From contig LCNU01000003.1 in NCBI GenBank assembly GCA_001001375.1, positions 1 to 55,305 on the forward strand: DNA of 55,305 nt, given 5' to 3'. Under the pieces are notes generated by a model. The model ran no database searches and had not been told where the DNA came from. It saw only the letters and a list, made by a program, of their open reading frames with translations. The position numbers and the translations under genes are program-made. Positions 54,092 to 55,305 of this stretch are shown here, one piece after another. Positions within the stretch are counted from its first letter, which is position 1. The number at the start of each line of letters is the position of its first letter. This DNA comes from Candidatus Amesbacteria bacterium GW2011_GWC1_47_15 (GTDB taxonomy: Bacteria; Patescibacteriota; Microgenomatia; CAZETR01; Amesbacteraceae).

Positions 54092-54934
54092 ATGAACCCG
54101 GGTTTAAGTTATTACAAGACAATAGGTGTTATCGGACATTTGGGTATGGTAGGCGGAACCACCTATCGTTACTTTAAAGATTCCAGTCAAGAAGTTTATG
54201 GTTTTGACCTTAGGGATCAGAAGGACAAAAAGAAAGCGTTCAGCAGCGAGCTGGTTTTCGTGTGCGTTCCTACTCCATATCATTGGGACGGACGGGGATA
54301 CGACGGATCAATAGTAGAAAAGGTATTGAAAATGATCCCTGAAGGCCGAACTGTAGTCGTAAAAAGCACAATATCCATAGGAACGACGGACAAACTTCAA
54401 AAATCCAATCCCAAACTGAAAGTTTTGTTTAACCCGGAATTTTTATCTGAAGCCACCTGCGATATAGATTTTCGTAATCCGGACCGGCAATTTGTGGGGT
54501 ACACAGACAAATCCTATACTGAGGCTACCAAAGTGCTCAATATGCTGCCGGAAAGCCCATACGGAATCATCCTGCCGGCCAAAGAAGCGGAACTATTAAA
54601 ATACATCAACAATATGCACGGGGTGCTGGAGGTGCTGGAATCCAACCATTATTGGGAGGTATGCCAAAAAGAAAAATTGGATTACGAGAGAGTGATCAAG
54701 GCGGCTGTTGCATCGAAATGGGTCGGGTCTGTCATGGGTAGACAATACCGGACAATCTGGCACCGGGGGGCACGGGGGGTAAAAGGCAAGTGTTTCCCAA
54801 AAGATCTGAACGCCTGGATCGATTACTGCAACACCCGGGGAATACCGGTGGAATTACTTTCTGCAGCAAGGAAGATGAACCTACGAATTCTGAAAGAACA
54901 AAAACTAACAGAGTCCAAAGCGGAAAATCTGTAA
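54092..54934 (+). CDS. UDP-glucose/GDP-mannose dehydrogenase-family protein lacking the C-terminal nucleotide-sugar-binding domain
   Basis: N-terminal Rossmann IGVIGHLGMVGG, VFVCVPTP, VVVKSTISIGTT, NPEFLSEA, and the catalytic-Cys box GVKGKCFPKDL. The ORF ends at 280 aa, whereas canonical enzymes are about 390-450 aa. Confidence 0.65.
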   Translation: MNPGLSYYKTIGVIGHLGMVGGTTYRYFKDSSQEVYGFDLRDQKDKKKAFSSELVFVCVPTPYHWDGRGYDGSIVEKVLKMIPEGRTVVVKSTISIGTTDKLQKSNPKLKVLFNPEFLSEATCDIDFRNPDRQFVGYTDKSYTEATKVLNMLPESPYGIILPAKEAELLKYINNMHGVLEVLESNHYWEVCQKEKLDYERVIKAAVASKWVGSVMGRQYRTIWHRGARGVKGKCFPKDLNAWIDYCNTRGIPVELLSAARKMNLRILKEQKLTESKAENL

Positions 54935-54936
54935 AA

Positions 54937-55305
54937 TCAGCGTATGGGAGTAAGGGTAAGTATTTGCGTATCACGTGAATAGGAGTAATGGTAATCGAAC
55001 TTTTTGGAAGAGGACAAAAAGTACGGCAGGGCTTGGTAATCCATTGCATGATTCAGATTAGGTGTAACATCCCAATTGCTTAGCCGGACTTGGCTGACTT
55101 GATTATTAATTACTGATTCCGCGGCGCGGACTATTTTAGCCATGGCTTGTTTTTCAAAATGCACAGAAGGGTGCTTTATGCGGAACAGGATCTTATATAT
55201 CCCTTGAACAGGGTTGAACAATATCAAGAATATAACCAAAGCCCAAAGCCAGCGGCGTCTTTGAAGTAATTCTGCGAAAAACAACAGGATAAATGTAATG
55301 GGGAA
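54937..55305 (-). CDS. Hypothetical membrane-associated protein, probably the C-terminal part of a longer ORF starting beyond the window
   Basis: The track gives a TTG start at 55284, but the frame stays open to nt 55305 (FPITFILLFF...). It has one hydrophobic helix then a soluble tail. Confidence 0.4.
   Translation of the reverse strand, partial: FPITFILLFFAELLQRRRWLWALVIFLILFNPVQGIYKILFRIKHPSVHFEKQAMAKIVRAAESVINNQVSQVRLSNWDVTPNLNHAMDYQALPYFLSSSKKFDYHYSYSRDTQILTLTPIR

Noticed and set aside
54967-54982. parS-like palindrome CGTATCACGTGAATAG (core TCACGTGA)
   Set aside because: Only 11/16 positions match TGTTNCACGTGAAACA, and the outer arms, which are critical for ParB binding, do not match. 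It lies inside a coding region far from parB. Similar weak CACGTG cores occur at 8547 and 29011.

Overview
This window is a gene-dense bacterial chromosome segment of about 60 genes with almost no intergenic DNA. It uses the standard genetic code, since TGA acts as the stop in many ATGA start/stop overlaps. It probably comes from a small-genome uncultivated lineage (CPR/Patescibacteria-like), but that is inference only.

Layout:
1. 1-2.9 kb is an AT-rich patch. It holds a truncated GT4 gene and a Kelch-propeller/LCAT-type lipase fusion.
2. 3-11.3 kb is mostly housekeeping: a GT-C-like membrane protein, a C39-like peptidase, tRNA-Val(CAC), lepB, parB, rpmA, rplU, a RodA-like SEDS protein and a type-2 ileS.
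3. 11.3-12.05 kb is an AT-rich RAYT/IS200-like tyrosine transposase gene with REP-like palindromes.
4. 12.2-22.4 kb is a compact dcw cluster: mraZ-rsmH-ftsL-ftsI-dgkA-mraY-ftsW-murG-ftsQ-ftsA-ftsZ. It contains no Mur ligase genes. Its promoter is readable and carries three 10-bp-phased MraZ-box repeats.
5. 22.4-25.4 kb holds two small secreted proteins, glyQS and recO.
6. 25.4-55.3 kb is one very large envelope-glycan locus. It contains DUF4012, a phosphoglycosyl transferase, ManC, 6 GT4, 5 GT2, 5 GT-C membrane glycosyltransferases, a Wzy/O-antigen-ligase-like protein, 2 Wzx flippases, an acetyltransferase, 2 methyltransferases, a HAD hydrolase, an FAD oxidoreductase and a C-terminally truncated UDP-sugar-dehydrogenase-like protein.

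The most interesting signals are:
- the GT-C expansion, organised as polyprenyl-P-sugar synthase plus tandem GT-C modules;
- the Kelch-lipase fusion;
- the MraZ operator;
- the recurrent -10 boxes 6-8 nt upstream of start codons, which imply leaderless mRNAs;
- the RAYT/REP unit;
- a peptidase ORF that abuts a tRNA and has no canonical start codon.

No CRISPR array, rRNA gene or recognisable defence system was found.
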